Of a DNA stretch of 64,000 nucleotides, positions 38,725 through 49,310 are shown piece after piece (position 1 is the first letter of the stretch; each line of letters starts with the position of its first letter). The position numbers and the translations under genes were made by a program. Where the stretch lies: contig CAMYMN010000021.1 of the NCBI GenBank assembly GCA_947259395.1, forward strand, positions 9,434 to 73,433. The letters run 5' to 3'. Under the pieces are notes generated by a model that did not search any database, was not told the DNA's origin, and saw only the letters and a program-made list of their open reading frames with translations. This stretch comes from an uncultured Gammaproteobacteria bacterium. GTDB taxonomy: Bacteria; Pseudomonadota; Gammaproteobacteria; Arenicellales; JAANXG01.

Positions 38725-40992
38725 ATGAAAAGACTCATCAAGATCATTTTATGGTTGGTGGGCGTTATCGTCGTCTTGGTACTGGGTCTAGCGATTCTTC
38801 TGCCGCAGTTTATCGATCCCAATGATTACAAGCAGGAGATCGCCGGACTCGTGAAGAAGCAAACCGGACGCGACGTGACTATCGCCGGAGATCTCAAATT
38901 GTCCGTGTTTCCGTGGTTGGGCATCGAGACCGGTGAACTCGCATTGTCAAATGCTCCTGCGTTCGGTGATGAACCGATGCTCACGGTGAAGCGCATGGAC
39001 ATCAAGGTGAAACTGCTGCCGTTGCTGCGTCAGGAATTACAAGTGGATACGGTTGTCCTCGATGACCCAATGGTGCATTTGATTATCGACCCCAAAGGTC
39101 GCACCAACTGGGACGACCTCGCCGGTGGCGCCGTGGAACCCGCCGATAAAGACAAGCCCGGTGCGGCACTGGCGGCGCTTGCGGTGCAGGGGGTAAAAAT
39201 CAAAAACGGCCGCATCCGTTGGGAAGACCGCAAGGCGGGTTCCGTCTACATGGTCAGCGCGCTCGACTTGAATACTGGGAAAATACTTGCCGGTAAGCCG
39301 GTTCAAGCGACCGCGAAATTCGATTTCAAGGACCGCAGCTTGCCGCAGCCGGTCTCCGTTGATCTAGACGCTGTGGTGGTGTTGGAAATTGCAAACGGCC
39401 GTGTTGCGCTGCGCGACGTGTCCGTGAACACCGCGTACCGCGATATCAAGGCGAGCCTAAATTCGCCGGACCTGGCCTTCGACCACAACAGCGCCACCCT
39501 GACCACGAAAAGGTCGGTGGTCAAACTAACCATGGCCGGGGATGAAGCGAGTGTGAGATGGGCAGGACTCAACTTTGCGGTGGATACACAAGTCCTGTCG
39601 ATGTCGGAGGCGGAGGTGACAGGTGCTGTGCAGGGCCGCATGGTAACGGCATCGCTGCCGGAAGTGGCTTTGAATCTAACGTCGCAGAACCTGGACATAC
39701 CGCAACTGAGCGCCGGCATCGACGATATGCAGCTCTCTGGTGTGATAAAAGGTACTCGGGTAATCGATCAACCGACATTCGCGGGACGCATTGAGACCAA
39801 ACCGTTTGACCTTCGTCCGATGTTGAAAGGTCTCGAACTGCCGGTGCAGACCCAGGACCAGAACGCGTTGTCACAGGTTATGCTTGGCGGTGATTTCAAC
39901 GCTACTTTAAACTCCATCAACGCCCAGAAAATGTCTTTGCAGATCGATGACACCCACGTTACCGGATCGCTGGAGATAACAGATTTCGCGAATCCCAAAT
40001 ATGGCTTCGACCTGAATGTCGATCGTATCGATGTTGACCGCTACTTGCCGCCTGCCGGCACGCAGACGGGTGACAAAACCGCAACTCCACCGGTTGCCGC
40101 GAGTGGGGCGGTGTTGGTATTGCCCTTGGGGCTATTTCGCGGTCTTCAAGCCAACGGGCAACTGCGCATCGGGAAAATGACGCTGTCCGGTTTGGCCACC
40201 CAAGACATACAGCTTGGCGTGCGTTCCACCCCGGGAAGTGTGATGGTGGAGCCGCTGCGCGCCGGCTTGTACGGCGGCACCCTGAGCGGAACCATGCAGT
40301 TTGTGGAAAAACAGGATGTAGTCCGCCTCGATGTCCATCAGTCGGTGGCCGCCGTTGATTTGGGTGAACTGCTAAACACCCTGGACATCACCAGTGATGT
40401 GGTGGGTAAAGGCGATCTCAACATGGATGTTGTGGCCCAGGAACGCGGCGGCGCACAAACCGTGAATGGCGCCGCTAGTTTTAAGATTCGTGACGGAGCA
40501 ATAAAAGGCGTGAACCTGCGCAAGCTCGTCATGCAGGCAAAGCAGATCTACAATCAGGTAAAAGGCAGGGAGGCGGAAGTTGAGATGGAGGATAAAGATG
40601 AGTTCCAGTTCACGGAGATGACCGGTACCATCAAGTTCAACGAAGAGATTGCTACCAATGATGACCTGCGTGTGAAGTCACCGCTGTTGCGGGTTGCCGG
40701 CAACGGACAAGCCAACCTTGTGGCCAGCACTTTGGATTACCTCATTAGGATCAATGTAGTAGAGAGCAGCAAGGGACAAGCCGGCGAGGAATTGGAGGAC
40801 CTCAAAGGCGTCACGATACCAGTGCGTGTGATGGGTAAACTAGAAGATCCCAGATACCGGCTCGACGTCGAGACGCTGCTTAAGGATGCGGCTCAGCGCG
40901 AGGTGGAAAACAAACTCGACGAGAAAAAAGAAAAACTCGAAAAGAAGCTCGAAGAAAAACTGCAGAAAGGATTGGAACGGCTGTTCAAGTAG
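38725..40992 (+). CDS. AsmA-family outer-membrane biogenesis protein
   Basis: N-terminal anchor MKRLIKIILWLVGVIVVLVLGLAILLPQFIDPNDYKQEI, a long beta-rich body, an AsmA-type C-terminal region (GAIKGVNL...) and a lysine/glutamate-rich tail. Confidence 0.8.
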   Translation: MKRLIKIILWLVGVIVVLVLGLAILLPQFIDPNDYKQEIAGLVKKQTGRDVTIAGDLKLSVFPWLGIETGELALSNAPAFGDEPMLTVKRMDIKVKLLPLLRQELQVDTVVLDDPMVHLIIDPKGRTNWDDLAGGAVEPADKDKPGAALAALAVQGVKIKNGRIRWEDRKAGSVYMVSALDLNTGKILAGKPVQATAKFDFKDRSLPQPVSVDLDAVVVLEIANGRVALRDVSVNTAYRDIKASLNSPDLAFDHNSATLTTKRSVVKLTMAGDEASVRWAGLNFAVDTQVLSMSEAEVTGAVQGRMVTASLPEVALNLTSQNLDIPQLSAGIDDMQLSGVIKGTRVIDQPTFAGRIETKPFDLRPMLKGLELPVQTQDQNALSQVMLGGDFNATLNSINAQKMSLQIDDTHVTGSLEITDFANPKYGFDLNVDRIDVDRYLPPAGTQTGDKTATPPVAASGAVLVLPLGLFRGLQANGQLRIGKMTLSGLATQDIQLGVRSTPGSVMVEPLRAGLYGGTLSGTMQFVEKQDVVRLDVHQSVAAVDLGELLNTLDITSDVVGKGDLNMDVVAQERGGAQTVNGAASFKIRDGAIKGVNLRKLVMQAKQIYNQVKGREAEVEMEDKDEFQFTEMTGTIKFNEEIATNDDLRVKSPLLRVAGNGQANLVASTLDYLIRINVVESSKGQAGEELEDLKGVTIPVRVMGKLEDPRYRLDVETLLKDAAQREVENKLDEKKEKLEKKLEEKLQKGLERLFK

Positions 40993-40999
40993 GTGCGGT

Positions 41000-41581
41000 G
41001 TGCCATTCCGGTCAGCACGTGTCGGTTGTGTGATTGTCGGGTTTTTGAGTTACCCGTCGGCGCCGCTGTTGGCTACAGATATCATCAGCACCGAGGTGCG
41101 CTATCAGAAGCCGGCATACACCGTGTCCTTTAAGGCTCTGCTCGAGGCTCGCATCGAACACGTACGTCGTCTGGTTACCGACTACGAAAACCTGGTCGAT
41201 CTGTCGCCTACAATTATTCACAGCGAAGTCATCAGTTCGACACCGAATGGTCGGTCCCGCGTGAAGCTCGTGTTGAGACCATGTTTTTTGATAATCGTGT
41301 GTAAGCGTATCACCAAGGTGACTGATTCATCCGTGTCGGATCGCGGCGATGTGATACATGTTACCGTGCCGGCGCTCAGCGATTTCCATCATGCCCGTGA
41401 ACAACTCTCGATCACGGCGGATGCGAACGATAGCGAACGAACATGGATTAGTTATCGAGCACATATGGTGCCGAAGTTTCGCGCTCCACCCATTATCGGC
41501 CCATGGATTATCCGGCGTCAGATTATCGAGGAGTTGACATTCACTGCTCGGCGGGTGGAAAGTCTCGCGCAACTCATGTAA
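41000..41581 (+). CDS. Hypothetical protein, possibly SRPBCC (START/Bet v1-like) fold
   Basis: ~190 aa. The start is uncertain (GTG 41000 or GTG 41030, placed after the asmA stop). The fold guess rests on overall pattern only. Confidence 0.35.
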   Translation: MPFRSARVGCVIVGFLSYPSAPLLATDIISTEVRYQKPAYTVSFKALLEARIEHVRRLVTDYENLVDLSPTIIHSEVISSTPNGRSRVKLVLRPCFLIIVCKRITKVTDSSVSDRGDVIHVTVPALSDFHHAREQLSITADANDSERTWISYRAHMVPKFRAPPIIGPWIIRRQIIEELTFTARRVESLAQLM

Positions 41582-41600
41582 CCGTGTGCACAGAACTTTT

Positions 41601-42227
41601 ATGAAGCCTGAACTGCAGGTCACCGTATTCTCCGATTACATATGCCCCTTTTGTTACATCGGACATCTGCGCCTGGCCAAACTCCGCGACAATTACGATC
41701 TCAAGATCAATTGGCGGTTTTTGGAAATCCATCCGGACAACCCACCCGAGGGCCGGCCCCTGTCCGCACTCGGTTATCCACCGGAACAGTGGCGGCGAAT
41801 GATGGAGAATCTGCAGAAGATGGCAGTCGAAGAGGGCGTGGCGTTGGCGGAACGCACCTTTACCACCAACTCCCGCAAGGCATTGTTGTTGGCCGAAGCT
41901 GCGAAGGCTGCCGGTGCACCGACGTTTTACCGGCTGAACGACGACTTGTTCGCGGCCTATTTTTTACGACAGCAGAACCTTGGGGACCCACAGGTGCTGC
42001 GTGCAATCGCGAAACAAAGCGGTGTGGAGGACACGGTGGTCGAGCAGGCGTGGAGCAACCCGCGTTATGAGGACATATTAGAGGCCAACCTGCGTGATGC
42101 GGCGGGCCTGGGGATCAACGGTACCCCTGCGTTCATAATCGGACGCCGGATCGCCGCTGGAGCGGTGCCGGTATCGACCTTGAGAGACATGGCGGGTATC
42201 GCTGATATTCAGCTGCGGCCGGCTTAG
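41601..42227 (+). CDS. DsbA/FrnE-family thiol oxidoreductase
   Basis: VFSDYICPFCYIG active-site CPFC at the N-terminus and GINGTPAFIIG near the C-terminus. Confidence 0.8.
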   Translation: MKPELQVTVFSDYICPFCYIGHLRLAKLRDNYDLKINWRFLEIHPDNPPEGRPLSALGYPPEQWRRMMENLQKMAVEEGVALAERTFTTNSRKALLLAEAAKAAGAPTFYRLNDDLFAAYFLRQQNLGDPQVLRAIAKQSGVEDTVVEQAWSNPRYEDILEANLRDAAGLGINGTPAFIIGRRIAAGAVPVSTLRDMAGIADIQLRPA

Positions 42228-42263
42228 CCGATGTATTGCGCCAAGGCGCCCTGTCTCTGTGCT

Positions 42264-42385
42264 GGCGACGGTCCCGTAACTTCTCCCTCGATTCAGATTT
42301 TAGCGTCTAAGGTCCCGGGCCAGGCTGAATTGAGTGACCATTTCCGGGACCCACCGTGAATACGTCCCGGTAGGTTCGATGCCAG
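42264..42385. repeat. ~120-bp intergenic repeat module, second copy (paralog of 25213-25332)
   Basis: Hand alignment to 25213-25332 gives about 76% identity in the same orientation, with identical blocks GGCGACGGTCCCGTAA and CCGTGAATACGT. A degenerate TIR-like GGTGCAATGTGCGGCTT lies downstream at 42599-42615. Confidence 0.6.
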
Positions 42386-42650
42386 CGTCTCAAGTGGCGC
42401 CGGTCCCGGAAACGCGTGCTCGATGCAACCCTTTTCACTACCACCGGTCTCAAGGAGTAGTAGTTGACTTCGACCCTGATTTTCCATCGCTCCAGCGCGG
42501 CATCCCGCCGCCGGATCCTGCGCTTGTCCCCGCATAGCAGGGGGACAGCAGGGGAACTACGCGCAGCACAAGTCCCGTCGCCATCATCCGGAAATGTTGG
42601 TGCAATGTGCGGCTTGGGAAGTTTGTGTTGATGGGAGCCGTTGATCCGGG

Positions 42651-42678
42651 TTGACTTAAAAATAATGATTACTATCAT
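42651..42678 (+). promoter_or_regulatory. Candidate sigma-70 promoter for the GldA-like ABC operon
   Basis: TTGACT (42651-42656), a 16-nt AT-rich spacer, then TATCAT (42673-42678), about 95 nt upstream of ATG 42773. Confidence 0.4.
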
Positions 42679-42772
42679 TAGGTCCCGCCTACGGACCGAC
42701 AGCGGACGCTGACCCCCGCGTTGTGGTTCTAAGCTCGTTTGATTTAATTGATGTGATGTGTGCAGTAACAGC

Positions 42773-43741
42773 ATGACCGCGTTAGTAGAAATAGACCACC
42801 TGATTAAGCGCTTTTCGTTCCTCACCGCCGTGGACGATATCTCCTTTGGCGTTGACAAGGGCGAGGTGCTGGGCTTTTTAGGTCCGAATGGCGCGGGTAA
42901 GTCGACGACCATGAAGATGATTACTGGATTCCTGGTCCCGGATGTTGGAAACGTTCGGATTGGTGGTATGGATATCGTTGAGCAATCGGTGGCCGTTAAG
43001 AAACGTATCGGTTATTTACCCGAAGGCGCGCCGCTATATCCGGATATGACCCCAGCGGCATTCTTGGATTTTGTCGGCGCAATGCGCGGCTTTAATGGCG
43101 AAGAACTGCGAACACGTATCCGTGACACGGTCGACAAAGTGCACCTGACATCGGTGCTCGAGCAACCTATCGGCACGTTGTCCAAGGGCTTCAAACGGCG
43201 CGTAGGAATCGCCCAGGCGATTCTCCATGATCCAGAAGTGTTGATTCTGGACGAGCCCACCGATGGACTGGATCCGAATCAAAAACATGAAGTGCGGGCC
43301 TTGATCCAGAACATGGCCAAGGACAAGGCAATCATCCTATCGACCCATATCCTGGAGGAGGTAGACGCCGTGTGTAACCGAGTCATCATTGTTACCGATG
43401 GCAAGATCGTTGCCGACGGGACCCCTTCACAGTTAGAGGCTAAATCGCCGCATCATAACGCGGTGACTTTGGTGGTGAGCGATGTCGATCAACGCCATGT
43501 CCAGCAGCAGCTCGAGACGTTAAAGGGCGTTGCCTCGGCCCAGTGTGTCGTGCAAGACAGCTGTGTTCACTGTACCGTTTATCCCGCTAACGGTAATCCT
43601 ATATTGACCGCGGTCAGCGGCATCGTGCGTGAAAGGTCGTGGACCGTGGAAGAGCTTCACGTTCAACGCGGCCGCCTGGACGATGTTTTCAGAGCCGTCA
43701 CGACTCAGCAACAAGTAACAGCCGAAGTGAGCGAAGAATGA
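42773..43741 (+). CDS. ABC-2 type transporter ATP-binding protein (GldA-like)
   Basis: Walker A GPNGAGKST, signature LSKGFKRR and Walker B LILDEPTDGLD. Start at ATG 42773. Confidence 0.85.
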   Translation: MTALVEIDHLIKRFSFLTAVDDISFGVDKGEVLGFLGPNGAGKSTTMKMITGFLVPDVGNVRIGGMDIVEQSVAVKKRIGYLPEGAPLYPDMTPAAFLDFVGAMRGFNGEELRTRIRDTVDKVHLTSVLEQPIGTLSKGFKRRVGIAQAILHDPEVLILDEPTDGLDPNQKHEVRALIQNMAKDKAIILSTHILEEVDAVCNRVIIVTDGKIVADGTPSQLEAKSPHHNAVTLVVSDVDQRHVQQQLETLKGVASAQCVVQDSCVHCTVYPANGNPILTAVSGIVRERSWTVEELHVQRGRLDDVFRAVTTQQQVTAEVSEE

Positions 43742-44475
43742 TGTCCAGCGTGTGGATTATCGCCAAGCGGGAATTGTCTGGATATTTCACGACACCCATT
43801 GCCTATGTGTTCATCGTCATTTTTCTATTCTTGAATGGCGTGTTCACATTCTACTTGGGAAGTTTTTTTGAGCGCGGCCAAGCCGATTTGATAACCTTTT
43901 TTGGTTTTCACCCGTGGCTTTACTTGGCGCTCATCCCAGCGTTGACGATGCGGCTGTGGGCGGAGGAGCGTAGGGCCGGCACCATCGAGTTGCTGTTAAC
44001 GCTGCCAGTATCGATGTTCGAAGCGGTGCTGGGTAAGTTCCTTGCAACGTGGATCTTCGCCGCCATCGCCTTGTCACTCACGTTTCCGATGTGGTTGACG
44101 GTCAATTACTTGGGCCAACCCGACAACGGCATCATCCTAGCGAGTTATTTGGGCAGTCTGCTCATGTCCGGCGCCTATATCGCCATCGGTTCGTGCATAT
44201 CCGCATTAACTAAAAATCAGGTCATTGCGTTCGTGATTACCGTAGTGGTCTGTCTTATCTTTCTTCTTAGTGGTTTCCCGCTAGTGCTTGATTTTTTCAG
44301 TGGTTGGACTCCAGATTTTTTGGTGCGGGCAATCAGCGGATTGAGCTTTCTGACCCATTTCGATGACATCAGCAAAGGGATCATTGAGTTGCGTGACATC
44401 GTTTACTTTTTATCATTAATTATTTTCTGGTTGTTTGCGAACGCCGTTCTCATCGAAGTCAAGAAGGCAGACTGA
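43738..44475 (+). CDS. ABC-2 type transporter permease (GldF-like)
   Basis: Six-TM ABC-2 permease starting MMSSVWIIAKRELSGYFTTPIAYVF. ATG 43738 overlaps the ATPase stop (ATGA). Confidence 0.8.
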   Translation: MMSSVWIIAKRELSGYFTTPIAYVFIVIFLFLNGVFTFYLGSFFERGQADLITFFGFHPWLYLALIPALTMRLWAEERRAGTIELLLTLPVSMFEAVLGKFLATWIFAAIALSLTFPMWLTVNYLGQPDNGIILASYLGSLLMSGAYIAIGSCISALTKNQVIAFVITVVVCLIFLLSGFPLVLDFFSGWTPDFLVRAISGLSFLTHFDDISKGIIELRDIVYFLSLIIFWLFANAVLIEVKKAD

Positions 44476-44485
44476 ATAATAAGCA

Positions 44486-46432
44486 ATGTCAACCAACAAG
44501 AAATTCCTGACCATCACTAGCCTAGTGGTCGCTACCGTGCTGTTATTGGCGGTAAACATATTGAGTAACGCTACGTTTACTTCGACCCGGCTTGACCTGA
44601 CGGCGTCCAAGTTATTTACCTTGACTAAAGGCACGACCAATATTCTCGGTCAACTCGATGAGCCAATCACGCTACGGTTGTTTTTGTCGCAACGGGAGGC
44701 GACGCGACTACCGGGAATCAACAGTTACGCGCAACGAGTCAAGGAGTTGTTGGAAGAGTATGAGCGAATCGCAAACGGCAAGATCCGGCTGCAGATCATA
44801 GATCCTGAGCCCTTTTCTGAACAGGAGGACCGGGCCGTCGGTTATGGATTGCGCGGTATCGGCTTGGAGGGAGATGCGGTTTTCTATTTCGGCCTCGTGG
44901 GCACGAATTCGGTTGATGATCAGGAGGTCATCCCGTTCTTCTCGCCCAATCGGGAGGAGTTTCTGGAGCACGACATTACCAAGCTCGTGTATCAACTCAC
45001 CACTGTCGTGAAAAAGGTCGTTGGGATTATGAGCACGTTGCCCGTCGACGGTGGAATGGCAATGCCTGGACGAGGGGTGGCGGCCCCGTGGGCGGTAATG
45101 GATCAAATTCGTCAACTGTTCGAGGTGAGGACGGTGGCGACTGATGCCACGTCAATACCGCCCGAGATCGACGTACTAATGTTGGTGCACCCCAAGAATC
45201 TGTCGCCACCGACCTTGTATGCGATCGACCAATTCATCTTGACCCGCGGGCGGGCGTTGATCTTCGTAGATCCGAATGCTGAGTCCGACCAACCCGGAGC
45301 GGCGCCGATGTTAGGAGGTGCCCCCGGTGGATCAGACCTGCCTGAGTTATTCGCGTCGTGGGGGATACATCTCGTCGATGGCAAAGTGGCCGGCGATTTG
45401 CGCGTTGCCGAGCAGGTGCGCTATTCGGACCAGGCCCGCGCTGCGGCGGCCGAATACCCGGTATGGATGAACCTGCAGCCGGATCAGTTCAATCGCGACG
45501 ATATCATTACCGCAAAACTCGGAAACCTCGTATTTGCGACGTCGGGTGTTTTGGAAATCAAAGATGCCGAGGGCATTAAAGTTGAACCCCTTGTGGAGAC
45601 AACGCCTGACGCAATGAAGATTGATGCCGGGCAACTGCGTTTTCTCAACGACCCAACTATCTTGTTGCGGCAATACCGGCCCGAGGGAAAAAAATTGATG
45701 CTGGCGGCACGGGTTTCCGGCAATGTGAAAACCGCTTTTCCAGATGGCAAGCCGGCTGCGAAACCCAATGACAACCAAACCGGAAACACCATCCAGGAAG
45801 ATGGCGGGCCGGAAGCCAAAGATGATGCAGCCGCCCCGCATCACGCGGGGTCTTTAGCGGATGTGAATCTTGTGGTGGTAGCGGACACCGATCTTCTCAA
45901 TGACCGCTTTTGGGTACGTGTTCAGAACTTTTTGGGCAGTCGCATCTTGATACCGTCGGCTGCTAACGGGAATTTCGTCGTTAATGCGTTAGAGAGCTTA
46001 ACGGGAAGCAATGACTTGATCAGCGTACGTAGCCGTGGCCGTTTTTCGCGTCCGTTCACCAAGGTCGCGGAGATCCAGCAACAGGCAGAACTGCGATTTA
46101 GGCAAAAAGAGCAGGAATTGCTGACTCGATTACGAGAGACCGAGAACCGGTTGTTGGAACTGGAGGACAGAAAGCAGGGTGCTGGGGCGGTTATTCTGAG
46201 TGAAGAACAACAAAAAGAAATCGAGAAATTTCGGTTGGAAAAAGTCCGCATACGCAAGGATCTTCGTACTGTGCGCCATCAGTTGCACAAAGACATTGAA
46301 GGTCTGGCGGCGTCGATGAAGTTCGTCAATATTGGCCTGATGCCGATATTGATCGGTACTGGCGGCATCTTTATTGCCCTGCAACGGGCGCGGCGTCGTC
46401 AAATTAGCCACGATCGAAAGCAGGCGTCATGA
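44486..46432 (+). CDS. GldG-like ABC transport auxiliary component
   Basis: 648 aa with N- and C-terminal TM anchors and a large periplasmic region (RLDLTASKLFTLTKGT...), as in GldG-type proteins that follow GldA/GldF homologs. Confidence 0.6.
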   Translation: MSTNKKFLTITSLVVATVLLLAVNILSNATFTSTRLDLTASKLFTLTKGTTNILGQLDEPITLRLFLSQREATRLPGINSYAQRVKELLEEYERIANGKIRLQIIDPEPFSEQEDRAVGYGLRGIGLEGDAVFYFGLVGTNSVDDQEVIPFFSPNREEFLEHDITKLVYQLTTVVKKVVGIMSTLPVDGGMAMPGRGVAAPWAVMDQIRQLFEVRTVATDATSIPPEIDVLMLVHPKNLSPPTLYAIDQFILTRGRALIFVDPNAESDQPGAAPMLGGAPGGSDLPELFASWGIHLVDGKVAGDLRVAEQVRYSDQARAAAAEYPVWMNLQPDQFNRDDIITAKLGNLVFATSGVLEIKDAEGIKVEPLVETTPDAMKIDAGQLRFLNDPTILLRQYRPEGKKLMLAARVSGNVKTAFPDGKPAAKPNDNQTGNTIQEDGGPEAKDDAAAPHHAGSLADVNLVVVADTDLLNDRFWVRVQNFLGSRILIPSAANGNFVVNALESLTGSNDLISVRSRGRFSRPFTKVAEIQQQAELRFRQKEQELLTRLRETENRLLELEDRKQGAGAVILSEEQQKEIEKFRLEKVRIRKDLRTVRHQLHKDIEGLAASMKFVNIGLMPILIGTGGIFIALQRARRRQISHDRKQAS

Positions 46433-47481
46433 TTAACGCAAAGCTGTTGAGCGTTCTCCTTGTGGCAGCCGCAGTCGCGTTGGTTGCGGTGTTTTACAGC
46501 CAGCGGAACCAGCAACACACTGCTGCGGTCGTGGTGGCGCATTTTCCCAAGTTGATGGGTCAGGTCAATCAAGTCGCTAAGGTACAGATTGAAGCTGGCG
46601 ACGCGGCGATTACCTTAGTCAAAGGGAAATCACAGTGGACGGTGGAACAGAAGGGCAATTATCCCGCCTCGCCAGTTAAGGTTAGATCTCTTATCCTGGG
46701 ACTTGCCGAATTGCAAAGGATTGAGCCCAAGACCAGCAATCCTGAGCTTCATGCCAAACTTGGTTTATCAGAGATTGATCCACAGTCTGAGTCGATGTTG
46801 GTACGGCTCGAGGATAAGAATAAAAGTGAAATCCTGGCTGTGGTGATTGGTAAACAAAAGCCTGCACGTGTAGGTGGTAATCGTAGTGAGTATTATGTGC
46901 GTGCCCCCACCGATCCACAGGTGTGGTTGACCGAAGGCAAGTTACCATCGGACCGTACTCCTGCTGCATGGATCGACGACCGGGTATTGGGGGCACAGAC
47001 GGTTGATATAGAGTCGGTTGAAGTAGTTCATAATGACGGTGAGCACTTGCGAATTCGCCGCAAGGACAAGGCCGACAAGGATTTCGCGCTTCTAGAGCTC
47101 TCCGAGGACGAGGAAGTTGAATCAATTTACTCGGTCAATAATATCCCGCGGACACTGCAGTCACTAACAGCCGACGACATCATTCCCGTCGATCACATTC
47201 AACTCGGTAGCGATCCAATTAGGGTGCAAGTCGACACCTTTGAGGGGGCGCGCATCAATATTGCTTTGTTCAAGCAAGACGACAAGACCTATGCGCGTTT
47301 AACCGCTGCCGATTCCGCCAACGAAGACGGTTCAATTCCACCGACAGAGAAGGCCGAGGTCCTCAACACCCGCTGGCAGCAGTGGGTTTATGTCATCCCA
47401 GAGCACCAATATGACGCTGTCACAATCAAGAAGACAGATCTAATTAAGGCAAACAATGCAACACCCGAGCCGCGGGCTTAA
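46429..47481 (+). CDS. DUF4340-like periplasmic protein
   Basis: N-terminal anchor plus a beta-rich body. Its start overlaps the GldG-like stop by 4 nt, which is the usual fourth gene of GldAFG-like clusters. Confidence 0.5.
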   Translation: MINAKLLSVLLVAAAVALVAVFYSQRNQQHTAAVVVAHFPKLMGQVNQVAKVQIEAGDAAITLVKGKSQWTVEQKGNYPASPVKVRSLILGLAELQRIEPKTSNPELHAKLGLSEIDPQSESMLVRLEDKNKSEILAVVIGKQKPARVGGNRSEYYVRAPTDPQVWLTEGKLPSDRTPAAWIDDRVLGAQTVDIESVEVVHNDGEHLRIRRKDKADKDFALLELSEDEEVESIYSVNNIPRTLQSLTADDIIPVDHIQLGSDPIRVQVDTFEGARINIALFKQDDKTYARLTAADSANEDGSIPPTEKAEVLNTRWQQWVYVIPEHQYDAVTIKKTDLIKANNATPEPRA

Positions 47482-47552
47482 GCTTATTTTGCTAACGGTA
47501 TGCAGTATTGCCTACAATGCGTTATTTCTTTTCCTCTTGAACTGATCGACCC

Positions 47553-49229
47553 ATGGGAAAACTGAATCGCTATAGTTCCCGCGTCACCCAACCGAAATCT
47601 CAGGGTGCATCTCAGGCTATGTTGTATGGCGCCGGTCTTTCCGATGAAGACATGTCAAAAGCCGAGGTAGGCATCGCCAGTGTGTGGTTCGAAGGCAACA
47701 CCTGCAACATGCACCTGAACGAGCTCGCCGTCCATGTGCGTGACGGCGTTAACGCTGCCGGTATGATGGGTATGCGGTTCAATACCGTCGGCGTCAGTGA
47801 CGGTATCTCCATGGGCACCGACGGCATGAGCTTTTCGCTTCAATCCCGTGACCTGATTGCGGACTCCATAGAGACGGTCATGGCGGCGCAGTGGTACGAC
47901 GCGAACATTTCGATTCCCGGTTGTGACAAGAATATGCCGGGCTGTCTGATGGCCATGGGCCGGTTGAATCGTCCGTCGTTGATGATCTACGGCGGCACGA
48001 TCAAACCAGGGCATTGGCAAGGCAACGTCCTAGATATCGTGTCGGCGTTTCAAAGCTACGGTGAATATATTGCTCACGCTATCGACGACGATCAGCGCAA
48101 AGAGATCGTCAAGCATTCCTGTCCCGGACCGGGGGCGTGTGGCGGAATGTACACCGCGAACACCATGGCCAGTGCCATCGAGGCGATGGGAATGTCACTA
48201 CCCTACAGTTCGTCTACCCCGGCGGTGGATCCCGGAAAAATAGAAGAGTGCCGCGCCGCGGGACATGCAATCCGCAAGCTGTTGGAGAAGGACATCAAGC
48301 CTCGCGACATCATGACCCGCGAGGCCTTTGAAAATGCGATGGTAATTGTCACTGCGCTGGGCGGATCGACCAACGCGGTGTTGCACTTGATCGCCATTGC
48401 GCGATCGGTAGGCGTGATGCTGAGCATTGATGACTTTCAGTCGGTCAGCGACCGGGTTCCATTTCTCGCTGACCTCAAGCCCAGCGGGCGTTACGTCATG
48501 GAAGACCTGCATAATATTGGCGGAACGCCGGCGCTCATGAAATACCTTTTGCACGAGGGGTTGATAAACGGCGATTGTATGACGGTGACCGGCAAAACAA
48601 TAAGTGACAACCTAGCGCAATCGTCGGGCCTGGCGGAGGGGCAGAAGATAATCCGGCCGCTGGCAAATCCGATAAATCACTGTGGACACATTCAAATCTT
48701 GAAGGGCAATTTGGCGCCGGGCGGTGCAGTGGCGAAGATTACCGGAAAAGAGGGAGAGCGCTTTACCGGGCCGGCGCGGGTGTTCGACTCCGAAGAGGAC
48801 ATGCTGCAGGCGTTGGAGCGCGGCGAAATTCAATCGGGTGACGTGATCGTAATCCGCTACGAAGGACCCAAGGGTGGGCCCGGCATGCCCGAAATGCTGA
48901 CACCCACTTCGGCGATCATAGGTGCGGGGCTTGGAGACCAGGTGGCGTTGATGACCGATGGTCGCTTTTCCGGCGGTTCCCATGGATTCATCATCGGTCA
49001 TGTGGTGCCCGAGGCTCAGGAAGGCGGTCCCATTGGCCTGCTTCGCGACGGTGATATCATCAATATCGATGCTAACAAAAACACCCTGGATGTGGAATTG
49101 TCCGACTCCGACCTGACCGAGCGTAAGAGGATCTGGGAGATGCCGCCATTCAAGGTGACGCGGGGTACGCTTTATAGATACATAAAGACCGTTAAAGATG
49201 CGAGTCTGGGATGTGTTACCGATGAATAA
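47553..49229 (+). CDS. ilvD: Dihydroxy-acid dehydratase
   Basis: 558 aa with the IlvD/Edd signatures [16 protein letters not shown] and PGMPEML. Confidence 0.9.
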   Translation: MGKLNRYSSRVTQPKSQGASQAMLYGAGLSDEDMSKAEVGIASVWFEGNTCNMHLNELAVHVRDGVNAAGMMGMRFNTVGVSDGISMGTDGMSFSLQSRDLIADSIETVMAAQWYDANISIPGCDKNMPGCLMAMGRLNRPSLMIYGGTIKPGHWQGNVLDIVSAFQSYGEYIAHAIDDDQRKEIVKHSCPGPGACGGMYTANTMASAIEAMGMSLPYSSSTPAVDPGKIEECRAAGHAIRKLLEKDIKPRDIMTREAFENAMVIVTALGGSTNAVLHLIAIARSVGVMLSIDDFQSVSDRVPFLADLKPSGRYVMEDLHNIGGTPALMKYLLHEGLINGDCMTVTGKTISDNLAQSSGLAEGQKIIRPLANPINHCGHIQILKGNLAPGGAVAKITGKEGERFTGPARVFDSEEDMLQALERGEIQSGDVIVIRYEGPKGGPGMPEMLTPTSAIIGAGLGDQVALMTDGRFSGGSHGFIIGHVVPEAQEGGPIGLLRDGDIINIDANKNTLDVELSDSDLTERKRIWEMPPFKVTRGTLYRYIKTVKDASLGCVTDE

Positions 49230-49310
49230 GTGTATGGGGGTCGGTGCAGATCATCAGCTTGGCGAATTAGCGCGGGTTTTGGCCCACACGCAACCGATTT
49301 GTAATCCATT

